NCBI GenBank assembly: GCA_049609225.1
Contig: JBMYYH010000002.1
Span: 3,368 to 67,367, forward strand
From: Planctomycetota bacterium
GTDB taxonomy: Bacteria > Planctomycetota > UBA1135
Direction of reading: 5' to 3'
DNA: 64,000 nucleotides
Below the pieces are notes generated by a model. That model was given only the letters and a program-made list of their open reading frames with translations, was not told where the DNA came from and made no database searches. Below, piece by piece: positions 26,605-36,119 of the stretch (positions are counted from its first letter, which is position 1; each line of letters opens with the position of its first letter). The translations under genes and the position numbers were made by a program.

Positions 26605-29600
26605 GATGATTTCTGGTTAAGAAGACGACGTTCTTCGACGGCGCTGTAGAGGACGGGGACCACGAACATGGTCAACAGGGCGATGCACATGCCCCCGAAG
26701 CTGGGAATGGCCATCGGCACCATGACGTCGGCGCCGCGGCCAGTGGAGGTGAGCACTGGCAACAACGCCAACATGGTGGTTGCTGTCGTCATGAGGCAGG
26801 GACCGACCCTGCGTTTGCCGGCCTCGAGGACGGCGGCACGGACTTCCTCGCGGTCCTTCGGAGTGCGGTTGCGGAAGGACTGCTGGAGGTAGGTCCCCAT
26901 GATCACGCCGTCGTCGGTGGCGATGCCGAACAGGGCGAGGAAGCCGACCCAGACGGCGACCGAGAGATTCAAGGTCTTGACCTGGAACAGGTCGCGCATC
27001 TCGGAACCGAAGATGGAGAAGTCGAGGAACCACTCCTGGCCGTAGAGCCACAACATCAGGAATCCTCCGGACCAGGCCACGAACACGCCGCTGAACACCA
27101 TCAAGGTCGTGAGGAGCGAGCGGAAGTTCAGCTGGAGGATCACGAGGATGAGCAGCAATGCGACCGGCAAGACGATGGCCAAGGTCCGCGAAGCACGCAC
27201 CTGGTTCTCGTAGGTGCCCGCGAAACGGTAGGTGACTCCTTCCGGAAGCATGAGGCTTCCGTCGGCTATCCGCGCATCGAGGATGGCTTGGGCATTCTCG
27301 ACCACGTCGACCTCCGCGAGCTGCGGTTCACGGTCGAACGTGACGTAGGCGGTGAGGAAGGTGTCTTCCGTCTTGATGACCTGCGGCCCGCGTCGATAAC
27401 CGACGTCCGCCACCTGTGCTAGGGGCACATGCCCGCCTTGGGGCAGAGGCAGCCAGAGGGAGCGGAGGTCATCGGTGTCGCCGCGGAGCTCATGCGGGTA
27501 GCGCAGGCGCAGGTTGAAGCGCTCCCTTCCCTCGACCGACTGTGCGATGACCTTGCCGCCGAATGCGGTCATCAGGTGTTCCTGGACCGCGGCGACGGTG
27601 AGGCCGTAACGGGCAGCATCCTCCCGTCGGATTTCAACCTCGAGGTAGGGCTTGCCGATGACCCGGTCGGCGAACACCGTAGCCGGCACCACTCCAGGCA
27701 TCTCCTTCATCGCACCTTCCAGGATCAAGGCAGCCTCCTCCAGACGCTCGAGATCTGGAGCCGCGACCTTGATGCCCATGGGCGCTCGCATGCCGCTCTG
27801 CAGCATCACCAGCCGTGTCTCGATCGGTTGCAGCTTCGGCGCCGAGGTGACCCCGAGGAGCTTGGCCCGTGAGACAACTTCGTTCCAGATGTCGTCTGGG
27901 CTCTGGATCTCGTCGCGCCACAACCGGACCCGCTCGCCTTCCTCATCCAGTCCGAACTCCGGTTTATAGAGGATGACGTTCTCCACCATCGAGATCGGTG
28001 CCGGGTCGAGCGCGGTTTCGGCGCGGCCGATCTTGCCGACCGAGGACTCGATTTCAGGGATGGAGGAAATCGCCTGATCCAGCAATCCCACCATCTCCAC
28101 CGCTTGTTGCATCGATGCATGGGGAGGGGTGGTCGGCATGTAGAGGAAACTGCCCTCGTCTAGAGGCGGCATGAATTCCTTTCCGAAGCCTGGAAGCATC
28201 ACATGTCCTTCCCTCCAGAATGAGGTGCGATAGACGCTGGTCTTCTCCACGCCTACCTTCGCTAGGCCATTCGGGATGAAGCCAAATACTTTGTCGAAGC
28301 CGAGCCATGCGCTGGAGCCAAACAGGGCGAGAGCGATCGGGAGGCTCAGGAATAGCAGCTTGTGGCGGAGACACCAGGCGAGGATCCACGCATAGCAGCG
28401 GTGGAACACCCAGAACAAAAGCAACAGGCTGCCAATGAGGAGCGCCACGAAGAGGAAATTGGTGAAATCCCGGTCGACGCCGAGAGGTTGCCAACGGCCA
28501 CTGAGGGTCAAGGCCAGGAAGACCGCGGCGCCGAGCACCAATGCGAGGTGGGGGAGGCCCGCCGCCTTGCCGAGTTTCTCACTGATCCTGTTGGTGAGGG
28601 TTTGCCACGGTGCACCCTTTTCATTGCGGTTGCGGAAAAACATCATCGCAAGCGTGGGGATCATCAAGAGGGCGACCACGATGCTTGCCACAAGGGTGAA
28701 GGTCTTGGTGAAGGCGAGAGGCTTGAACAGCTTGCCTTCCGCGCCGGTCATCACGAACACCGGAAGGAATCCGATGATGGTGGTTAGGACGGCGGTCATC
28801 ACCGCACCACCAACCTCGGTAGCGGCCTGGTGCACCGAACGGAACCGGGATTCCCCATCCGGTGCGCTCTGCAATCGCTGCAGGATGTTCTCGCTCAGGA
28901 CGATCCCCATGTCGGCGATAGTTCCGATTGCGATAGCGATGCCGGACAAGGCCACGATGTTGGCCTCAATTTCGAAGACCTTCATCAGGACAAAGGCACC
29001 GAAGACGGTGACGGGCAAGGTCAGCGCGACCAGGAAGGCAGCGCGCATCTTCCACAGCATCAGCAGGATGACGATCATGGTCACTAGGACCTGAAGCACC
29101 AGGGCCTCCTCCAGGGTGCCGAGGGTCTCGTGAATCAGCCCGGTGCGGTCGTAGAAGGGCACGATCGTCACTTGGCTGATTGAGCCATCCGCCATTGTCC
29201 GGCGTGGCAGACTCGGCGCGATGCGCGTGATCTCCTCCTTGACCCGGTCGAGTACCTCCAGCGGATTGGTGCCGTAACGGACCGTCACTACGCCGCCGAC
29301 AACCTCATGGCCGTCCTTGTCTAGGGCGCCGCGACGAGGCGCTGGCCCGAGCGTCACGTGAGCGACGTCTTGTACCCTCAAGGGGGTGCCGTCGCGGGCA
29401 CGGATGGGGGAGGAAGCAATGTCGGCAGGATCGTCGATCCAACCCTTGCCGCGCAGAATGTATTCGACGCGGTTGAACTCAAGTACGCCGGCGCCGGTCT
29501 CCATGTTGGCGCCACGGACGGCGGCCTGGACTTCCTTGAGGTCGACATTGAAGGCATGCAGGGCGTCGGGATCGACCTCGACCACGTATTCCCGTTCGAA

Positions 29601-30209
29601 TCCGCCGATGCTCGCTACTTCGCTGACACCGTCGACGGCAGTCAGGGCATAGCGCACGGTCCAATCCTGGATCGCCCGCAATTCATCGAGGTCGAAGCCG
29701 CCACTGGCGTTCCCTTCCGCGTCGCGGCCTTCGAGGGTATACCAGAAGACCTGGCCTAAGCCTGTGGAATCTGGGCCGAGCGCGGGCTGGACATCTCCCG
29801 GAAGGGTGCCGGCGGGGAGGCTGTTGAGCTTCTCAAGGATGCGCGAACGCGCCCAATAGAAATCGATGTCCTCATTGAAGATGATGTAAATCGAACTGAA
29901 TCCAAAGATGCTGTTCGAGCGGATAGTCTTAACGCCGGGCACGCCGAGCAGGGCGACGGTAAGCGGGTAGGTGACCTGATCCTCCACGTCGCGCGGCGAG
30001 TTTCCTGGCCAGGCTGTGAAGACGATCTGTTGGTTCTCACCGAGATCGGGGATGGCGTCGGCCGCGACGGGGAAACGGGGCAGACGGCCTTCGCCTTCGG
30101 CACTGCCAAAGGGAGAGACCATCAGGCCGCCGAACACGATACCGACCAGCACCATGCAGGTCAGTAGGCGCTCACGCAGGATTAAGGCTAGGAAACGTCC
30201 CATAGTCAA
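26601..30209 (-). CDS. cusA: Heavy-metal (Cu/Ag type) RND efflux permease
   Basis: 1202-aa RND permease. LDEGSFLYMPTTPP matches the CusA-subgroup signature (EG.LLYMP). Extra hydrophobic segments between canonical TM6 and TM7. Confidence 0.9.
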   Translation of the reverse strand: MTMGRFLALILRERLLTCMVLVGIVFGGLMVSPFGSAEGEGRLPRFPVAADAIPDLGENQQIVFTAWPGNSPRDVEDQVTYPLTVALLGVPGVKTIRSNSIFGFSSIYIIFNEDIDFYWARSRILEKLNSLPAGTLPGDVQPALGPDSTGLGQVFWYTLEGRDAEGNASGGFDLDELRAIQDWTVRYALTAVDGVSEVASIGGFEREYVVEVDPDALHAFNVDLKEVQAAVRGANMETGAGVLEFNRVEYILRGKGWIDDPADIASSPIRARDGTPLRVQDVAHVTLGPAPRRGALDKDGHEVVGGVVTVRYGTNPLEVLDRVKEEITRIAPSLPRRTMADGSISQVTIVPFYDRTGLIHETLGTLEEALVLQVLVTMIVILLMLWKMRAAFLVALTLPVTVFGAFVLMKVFEIEANIVALSGIAIAIGTIADMGIVLSENILQRLQSAPDGESRFRSVHQAATEVGGAVMTAVLTTIIGFLPVFVMTGAEGKLFKPLAFTKTFTLVASIVVALLMIPTLAMMFFRNRNEKGAPWQTLTNRISEKLGKAAGLPHLALVLGAAVFLALTLSGRWQPLGVDRDFTNFLFVALLIGSLLLLFWVFHRCYAWILAWCLRHKLLFLSLPIALALFGSSAWLGFDKVFGFIPNGLAKVGVEKTSVYRTSFWREGHVMLPGFGKEFMPPLDEGSFLYMPTTPPHASMQQAVEMVGLLDQAISSIPEIESSVGKIGRAETALDPAPISMVENVILYKPEFGLDEEGERVRLWRDEIQSPDDIWNEVVSRAKLLGVTSAPKLQPIETRLVMLQSGMRAPMGIKVAAPDLERLEEAALILEGAMKEMPGVVPATVFADRVIGKPYLEVEIRREDAARYGLTVAAVQEHLMTAFGGKVIAQSVEGRERFNLRLRYPHELRGDTDDLRSLWLPLPQGGHVPLAQVADVGYRRGPQVIKTEDTFLTAYVTFDREPQLAEVDVVENAQAILDARIADGSLMLPEGVTYRFAGTYENQVRASRTLAIVLPVALLLILVILQLNFRSLLTTLMVFSGVFVAWSGGFLMLWLYGQEWFLDFSIFGSEMRDLFQVKTLNLSVAVWVGFLALFGIATDDGVIMGTYLQQSFRNRTPKDREEVRAAVLEAGKRRVGPCLMTTATTMLALLPVLTSTGRGADVMVPMAIPSFGGMCIALLTMFVVPVLYSAVEERRLLNQKSS

Positions 30210-30212
30210 TTC

Positions 30213-32216
30213 CTAGTGACCCTCATGGCTGGGGATTATGCGCTTCTCGCTGCCGCACTTGAGCATGCCCGATCCGTAGTAGGGATTACGGACGCCATCG
30301 CCGGCGAAGTCGATCCAATCGCCGCCGTCTTCCAGAGCCATGGGGCAGTGGTAGATAGCCATCGGGCGCTCCGTGCCGAGGTAGCCATAGGTGCTCGCCA
30401 ATTCGACCATCGGTTTTTGCAGGTGCTGGAATGCGATGCGGAAGGTCTCGAGTTGCTCGACGTCCTGCAACTCATGGATCGCGTGCTCCAGGGCGTCAAG
30501 CGGCTCTTGGGCTGAGACCGGTGCGTTTGCGCGGTCCAGGTCCGCTAGAGACTGGGCCAATCCCTTCAGCGCGGACTTGCCGCTAGCAAGGTCGTCACTG
30601 GCGAGGCCTTCTCCGACAGCGGCGAGGTCCTGGAGCAGGGCGCCCAGGCCAGTGCGGAAGCCATCGTCGGCACTCTCCATCGCGAACTCCATCTCATGGG
30701 GATGGTTCGCTACGACGGGGCCTGCGGCACCGCCACCGTGTTGGTGTCCTCCGGCTCCTCCGCCATCGGGGGCCATCATCGAGGTCTTGCCACGCAGCTG
30801 CAGTTCCGAGTCGATGGTGAAGGCACCCCGCGAGACGATGACCTCTCCTTCCTCTAATCCGTCGAGTACCACGAAAGTTTCGCCGGCACGTGGACCGAGG
30901 ACCACGTCGCGAGCTTCATAGAGGTTGGCGCCGTGCTGTTCCCGATCTGGAATCTCGACGAACACGATGGCCCGGTCGCCGGTAAGCAAAGGGGCGGTGA
31001 TGGGGATGAGGAGCGGGTCCTCAAGGTCAGGGTCCTCCTCCAGGAAGCCGAGGCTTTCTGCCGTCTCCAAGGGCATGCCGCAGATGGTGCAGTCGCCTTT
31101 CTCCTCGCTCACGACTTCGGGGTGCATCGGGCACATCCACTTGCCGTTCAGGTCTACGGGTGCCGCGATCCCCGAGCCCAGGACGTCGGTCTCGACGCGG
31201 GCGCGGGCATACATCTCCGGACGCAGACGACCATCCTGGTTGTCGACCTCCACCCGCACGTGCACGGTACGGGTGATGGGGTCGAGGACCGGGTCGAGGA
31301 AACTGATGGTCCCCTCGAAGGTCTCCCCTGGCCAGGCGTCGACCTCGAAGGCGACGACCTGCCCATAGCGGATCCAAGGGAGGTCCGATTCATAGGCATC
31401 CAGCTCCAACCACAGCTGATCAAGGTCCGCGATGGTGTAGAGTGGGTCGCCTTCCTTGACGTATTGTCCTTCGACTGCATTGCGGTGGATGACGGTACCT
31501 CCCATGGGTGCGTTCAGCGTGATTTGCTCGGAAGGTTCACCTATTGCGACGATCTCCTCCATCTGCGCTTCGGTCAATCCGTAGAGCGCGAGTTTCTTGC
31601 GTGCCGCGATGACCGTCGCGTGGGAGATCTTGGCCAGGGATGCGTCGCTGGACGCTCCGAATCGTTTAGCCGATTCGACCGAGACGATGAGCTCTTCTTG
31701 GGCATGGAACAATTGCGGCGAGTAGATTTCAGCTAGGTGATCACCAGCCCGGACCTTGAGGCCGGTGTAATCCACATAGAGGCGGTCCAGTCGTCCACCG
31801 ACATAGGCGGAGAGGGTGGCGATCGCGGTCTCGTCGACTGCCAGCTTGCCAACCAGGCGTACCTGATGGCTTGCCTTCGAGCGTGCCACGACGGAGGTCT
31901 GAATCCCGGCGATAGCCTTCTGACCGTCCGCGAGTCGCAGGGCATGAGGATTCGCCTCGTCGCCTGCGCCTGTTTCCATGGGAACCAAGTCCATGCCGCA
32001 GAGGGGGCAATCGCCTGGCTTCGGTGCCATAACCGAGGGGTGCATGGAGCAAGTCCAGGTAGTCTCCGCCTCCTCTGTGCTTGCTTGCTCTGCTCCAGTG
32101 CTGGCAGATCCGGTGGACTTCTCTACCGGGGTGAAGCAACGGCCGATGATAAGTCCAAGGAAGAGGACCAAGAGGAGGGTCGCTGGCTTGGGTAGGTATG
32201 AAAACAGGTTTTTCAT
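30213..32216 (-). CDS. cusB: RND periplasmic adaptor (CusB type) with added metal-binding modules
   Basis: Membrane-fusion core plus two CP.HP...CP.CGM modules (WTCSMHPSVMAPKPGDCPLCGMDL, WMCPMHPEVVSEEKGDCTICGMPL). DUF3347-like C-terminus YHCPMALEDGGDWIDFAGDGVRNPYYGSGMLKCGSE. Confidence 0.85.
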   Translation of the reverse strand: MKNLFSYLPKPATLLLVLFLGLIIGRCFTPVEKSTGSASTGAEQASTEEAETTWTCSMHPSVMAPKPGDCPLCGMDLVPMETGAGDEANPHALRLADGQKAIAGIQTSVVARSKASHQVRLVGKLAVDETAIATLSAYVGGRLDRLYVDYTGLKVRAGDHLAEIYSPQLFHAQEELIVSVESAKRFGASSDASLAKISHATVIAARKKLALYGLTEAQMEEIVAIGEPSEQITLNAPMGGTVIHRNAVEGQYVKEGDPLYTIADLDQLWLELDAYESDLPWIRYGQVVAFEVDAWPGETFEGTISFLDPVLDPITRTVHVRVEVDNQDGRLRPEMYARARVETDVLGSGIAAPVDLNGKWMCPMHPEVVSEEKGDCTICGMPLETAESLGFLEEDPDLEDPLLIPITAPLLTGDRAIVFVEIPDREQHGANLYEARDVVLGPRAGETFVVLDGLEEGEVIVSRGAFTIDSELQLRGKTSMMAPDGGGAGGHQHGGGAAGPVVANHPHEMEFAMESADDGFRTGLGALLQDLAAVGEGLASDDLASGKSALKGLAQSLADLDRANAPVSAQEPLDALEHAIHELQDVEQLETFRIAFQHLQKPMVELASTYGYLGTERPMAIYHCPMALEDGGDWIDFAGDGVRNPYYGSGMLKCGSEKRIIPSHEGH

Positions 32217-33586
32217 CGTTCCGATTCCTCGGCGATCAATTCATGTGCAGGAAGGAGTCCATTGAGGACTGCGAAGGCCAAGTGGGCGTCTGAAGAGGCG
32301 CGCACTGCGGCGAGGCGGAAATCGAGGATCACGCGTGCGGCGTCCAACATCTCCTGGAATCCGGACTGGCCGGATTGATAGGCGACCAAGGTAGTCTCAT
32401 AGGTCTCCTGACCTTTCGGCAGGAGGCGGTCCCGGTAGAGGGTCATGCGCCTCTCCGCGTCGGCAAGGTCACTGAGCGCCTCATCGAGATCCGCGGTCAG
32501 ACCCCACCGGGTCTCCTCGAGGGAAGCGAGGACCCTCTTTTGGTTCGCCATGGCCTCGCGGCGTGCGGCGTCGATTCGGCCGCGCTGGATCGGAAGCTCC
32601 ACCGCGAGGCTCAGGGAGAAGGCATCGTCGCCGGCATCAGGCGAGACTGCATTCCCTTGCCCAATCCAGGTCCAATCGGCGCCGACGGCGAGATCGGGCC
32701 GGTCTTCCAGTTCCGCTAATTTTCTTTCTGCTTGGCTGGCTCGCATTTCATCTGAAAGCCTAATCATCGCAGGGGAATGGTCTTGGAAACGTGATTTGAG
32801 CAGGTCTGGAGAAGCGAGGTCCGGCACTCCCGGGACCTTTACTCCAGTCCAAATCGCATCCTGAGACATCCTTGAACCTAGAAGTTGCTCCAGTCGAGGG
32901 ATTAAGTTGCTGGTCTTTTGTTGGAGGGTTGCGAGACGATCCTCCATCTCGAGCCTCTCGACCTGGGCGCGAAGTACGTCGGCTTGTGAGACTCGCGAGG
33001 ACTCATAAAGCCTGAGGCTGACGTCCTCGATGTGCTGGAGAAGTACTACCTGGGACTTGGTGATGTCAATGGCCTGTTGCAGGTAAGCCATTTCAGTCCA
33101 GACTTTCAGGAAGGTACTGCGGACCTTAAGTCGTGCTTCCTCGATACCCCAGTGTGCCGCATCGGCCAAGGAAGAAGCCCTGTCGCCAGCGGTTTCGAGC
33201 TTGCCGGGCCAGGGGATGCTCTGGTTGATGCCGACACGACCATCCATGGGGCCGTTGCGGGTCTCAACAGCTTGGAGGTAAGCCCCAAGGCTTAGCCAGG
33301 GATCCGGAAGTGCTGAGGCCTGGTCGACACGGGCGGCCTTTGCTTGCCAAGCATGGACTGCGGACAGGACGCGGGGACTCTCCGCCTGGGCACGTGCTAA
33401 CAGCGTGACTAGCCCCTCTTGTGGGGACCAGGTTGTGGAGGAGACTGAGTGTGAGGGTAGGGCAAGCGTGCCGGCCTGCACCCGGTGCAGGGCATCTCCA
33501 TCTGCAGGTGGAGCAGGGCTTCCAGCTTGGCAGGAGAAGCCAAGCCCGAGCAGTACGATGCCAGCGAATCGAATTTTGGTTTCCAT
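32213..33586 (-). CDS. cusC: TolC-family outer-membrane efflux lipoprotein (CusC type)
   Basis: Lipobox LLGLGFSC and an internally duplicated OEP architecture. ATGA overlap with the cusB start. The track start at 33622 is TTG; ATG 33586 (METKIRF...) preferred. Confidence 0.8.
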   Translation of the reverse strand: METKIRFAGIVLLGLGFSCQAGSPAPPADGDALHRVQAGTLALPSHSVSSTTWSPQEGLVTLLARAQAESPRVLSAVHAWQAKAARVDQASALPDPWLSLGAYLQAVETRNGPMDGRVGINQSIPWPGKLETAGDRASSLADAAHWGIEEARLKVRSTFLKVWTEMAYLQQAIDITKSQVVLLQHIEDVSLRLYESSRVSQADVLRAQVERLEMEDRLATLQQKTSNLIPRLEQLLGSRMSQDAIWTGVKVPGVPDLASPDLLKSRFQDHSPAMIRLSDEMRASQAERKLAELEDRPDLAVGADWTWIGQGNAVSPDAGDDAFSLSLAVELPIQRGRIDAARREAMANQKRVLASLEETRWGLTADLDEALSDLADAERRMTLYRDRLLPKGQETYETTLVAYQSGQSGFQEMLDAARVILDFRLAAVRASSDAHLAFAVLNGLLPAHELIAEESER

Positions 33587-33677
33587 GTTTTCCTCATGGG
33601 TTTGAATGCACAGGTTCCGCAAACGCGGAATGAATCAGACAGTCCTCACGCGGAAGGTGGGACAGCTTTTCTGTGTT

Positions 33678-34079
33678 TCAAATGAGGAATCGCTGGAAAC
33701 GGACCAGGATGGAACCTGGTGGAGCCCTCGGAGGCCCGTACTCGACCACGAACAGGACACAATTCGGGTCGTGATAATCAGGGATTTGGACTGCGACTGC
33801 AGTTCGGTCGAACTGGGGTAGGGGCTCCCCACTTTCGATGGCCCTAGGCTGTTCCTGGCGATGCAGTGGTTCCAGTGGGGCATCGAACTCGCAGCAGCAC
33901 CCCTTTGAGAGAAAGGGTCCGAGACCCGCATCTGGGTCATCATGCTCGCAGCAACAGGAGGCGGCCTCCGGGGAAGGCATGGCCATGGCACTGCAATCCT
34001 CGACCGCACGCACCACAGCGCCGAGACTGCTTGGTAGCAGCAACAGCACAATGGCAAGAAGGGCGGTCAGGCGCGGCAT
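33678..34079 (-). CDS. Small secreted Cys-rich protein, first gene of the cus-cop operon
   Basis: 133 aa. Signal peptide MPRLTALLAIVLLLLPSSLGA. Two triple-Cys motifs, SCCCEHDD and GCCCEFD, 19 residues apart. No family recognised. Confidence 0.55.
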   Translation of the reverse strand: MPRLTALLAIVLLLLPSSLGAVVRAVEDCSAMAMPSPEAASCCCEHDDPDAGLGPFLSKGCCCEFDAPLEPLHRQEQPRAIESGEPLPQFDRTAVAVQIPDYHDPNCVLFVVEYGPPRAPPGSILVRFQRFLI

Positions 34080-34131
34080 GGCACTAGTTTAGACCAGGAA
34101 TCCAGGATGACATTCCCAAATATTCCATCTC

Positions 34132-36060
34132 TTATCGACGCCGCAGCAGGCGATAACCATGCGCTTCCAGGGCTGCGCCGCCGGTCAGATCAATCATGCC
34201 GTTGGTCACGGTGTAACTCGCTGCGCTCAGCAGATCATCCAGCACATCGCCATCAGCAAAGTAGCGATCCACGGGAATGCTCATGCCGACGGCTTGGCTA
34301 TTCGATCCTGCAATCGCAAGCAAAGTATCGTGTGCATCTTCGCGCGCAAAAACCATGATGCGACCGGCATGGTGCACCCAGAACGGATCAAACGAACCTT
34401 CCCGGAGAGCGCTGTACTGCCCGCGCAGTTGCGACAACTTGCGCGTGATCTTGACGGTGCCAACATCCCAGTTGGCGAGGTTCCAATCAAAGGTGCGTCG
34501 GTTGTCGGGATCCGCACCACCGGCCAAACCAATCTCATCGCCGTAGTAGACAACGGGGGAGCCAGGCAGCGTGAACTGCAGGAAGGTGGCTTCCCGTACA
34601 CGTTTTTCATCCATGCCCGCGCGGGTTAAAGCACGCGAAAGATCATGGTTGCCAAGTTGGTGCCAGGAGGTGTGATTGGCAGTGGCTGGATAAGCGCGCA
34701 ATCCACTCAGGATGCGATTGCGGAAGGTGGCCACGCTGTCGTTGCGTTGTAGGCAGTAATCCTGCACTGGAAACAGGAAGCCTTTGAAATCCATCACGCC
34801 GTCGAACTGATCACCCGCGAGCCATGGGAGGGCGTCACTCCATTCCTCCAGAACCAATAAGGCTTCAGGGTCGTCGGCCTTGAGATAACTCCGCATCTCT
34901 TGCCACACACTATGGTCGTCGCCACTGCAACCAGGGCCGACATCCTCCGCAGCATCTAAACGCCAGCCACCGATGCCCGTTTGCTGCCAACCCCGCATGA
35001 CACTATCGGTATCCCGAATCATGCGTTCGCGGACCGCAGTCTGGGAATAGTCGAGCTTCGGAAGGGAGTTGATGCCGAACCAACTGCAGTAGTTTTCCGG
35101 CGCCGTGAGATGGTCAAAACCAGGCATGAAGGTAAACCAATCGCCATAGGCGCTGTTGATCGGATCTTCATGTGCACCCAGCCACGGATAAACGCCGTAG
35201 CGGTCGAACCATTCGCTCCAGCTGCTGCAATGATTCAGCACCCCATCCAAGATGACACGCACACCTTGCGCGCGCATGCCGTTCACGAACAGTTGAAAGG
35301 TGGCATTGTCGCCAAGGCGCGGATCAATACGGTCATAGCTAGTGGCGTCGTAGCGATGATTGCTGCGTGATTCAAAGACGGGATTGAACCACAAAAAATC
35401 GACACCCAACCACTGCAAGTAATCACGCCGTTGCCACACACCAGCGAGGTCGCCGCCATAAAAATCATGGCCGCCCACTGGTGTTGCATCCCAGTTGCTG
35501 TGCGAAAGGATGGGGATGCCAGGAGCGATATCCCACTCGCCGTCGAGCGGATCATTACTGGGATCACCATTGAGGAAACGATCGGGAAAGATCTGATAAC
35601 CCACCGCGCCACGCGCCCATGCTGGACCGACAAAGCCGGGTCGAATTTGAAAATCGCGAATGGATAGATCCCAGTGATCGAGAGTGCCGGTGACCTGGTA
35701 CCAATCCTCACAGCCCTGGTCTTCCAGGCGGAAGCGATACCAAAGGGTGTCGGTTCCAACTTGCACATCGGCACGCCACAAATCGAAGCTGCCGCCGGGA
35801 CCAACTTGGGTTTCAATCCACATCGGCACCATGACTTCGCCGCCGGTACCACCGTTTAGGCCGGTATCCCAAATGCGCACGGTCGCCGAACTCAAATCAC
35901 CGGCTCGCGCGCGCAATCGCAACTCCAAGGTGTCGCCGGGCATGGGTTCCAACGGCGTGCAGTAGAGTGGCGACTGGTCGTGAAAAATGGCTTCCCCGTC
36001 GATGTTTCCGCATTGGGCGGACAAGGCGAGGGAAAGGAGGGGAAGAAGGGCCGAAAACAT
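34132..36060 (-). CDS. GH13 alpha-amylase-family glycosidase (cyclomaltodextrinase/neopullulanase-like)
   Basis: GH13 conserved regions VILDGVLNHCS, GGWRLDAAEDV, VLEEWSD and LGNHDLSR. N-terminal beta-sandwich domain and signal peptide. Confidence 0.85.
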   Translation of the reverse strand: MFSALLPLLSLALSAQCGNIDGEAIFHDQSPLYCTPLEPMPGDTLELRLRARAGDLSSATVRIWDTGLNGGTGGEVMVPMWIETQVGPGGSFDLWRADVQVGTDTLWYRFRLEDQGCEDWYQVTGTLDHWDLSIRDFQIRPGFVGPAWARGAVGYQIFPDRFLNGDPSNDPLDGEWDIAPGIPILSHSNWDATPVGGHDFYGGDLAGVWQRRDYLQWLGVDFLWFNPVFESRSNHRYDATSYDRIDPRLGDNATFQLFVNGMRAQGVRVILDGVLNHCSSWSEWFDRYGVYPWLGAHEDPINSAYGDWFTFMPGFDHLTAPENYCSWFGINSLPKLDYSQTAVRERMIRDTDSVMRGWQQTGIGGWRLDAAEDVGPGCSGDDHSVWQEMRSYLKADDPEALLVLEEWSDALPWLAGDQFDGVMDFKGFLFPVQDYCLQRNDSVATFRNRILSGLRAYPATANHTSWHQLGNHDLSRALTRAGMDEKRVREATFLQFTLPGSPVVYYGDEIGLAGGADPDNRRTFDWNLANWDVGTVKITRKLSQLRGQYSALREGSFDPFWVHHAGRIMVFAREDAHDTLLAIAGSNSQAVGMSIPVDRYFADGDVLDDLLSAASYTVTNGMIDLTGGAALEAHGYRLLRRR

Positions 36061-36119
36061 GCCACTCCAGGATATCCCAGATTCTCCCTTCCTGACTGCA
36101 ATCCAACCGTACGGAAAAC

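Noticed and set aside
25759-26649. 296-aa plus-strand ORF
   Set aside because: It is antisense to the YHS-repeat gene, whose four-fold repeat structure and signal peptide support the minus-strand frame.
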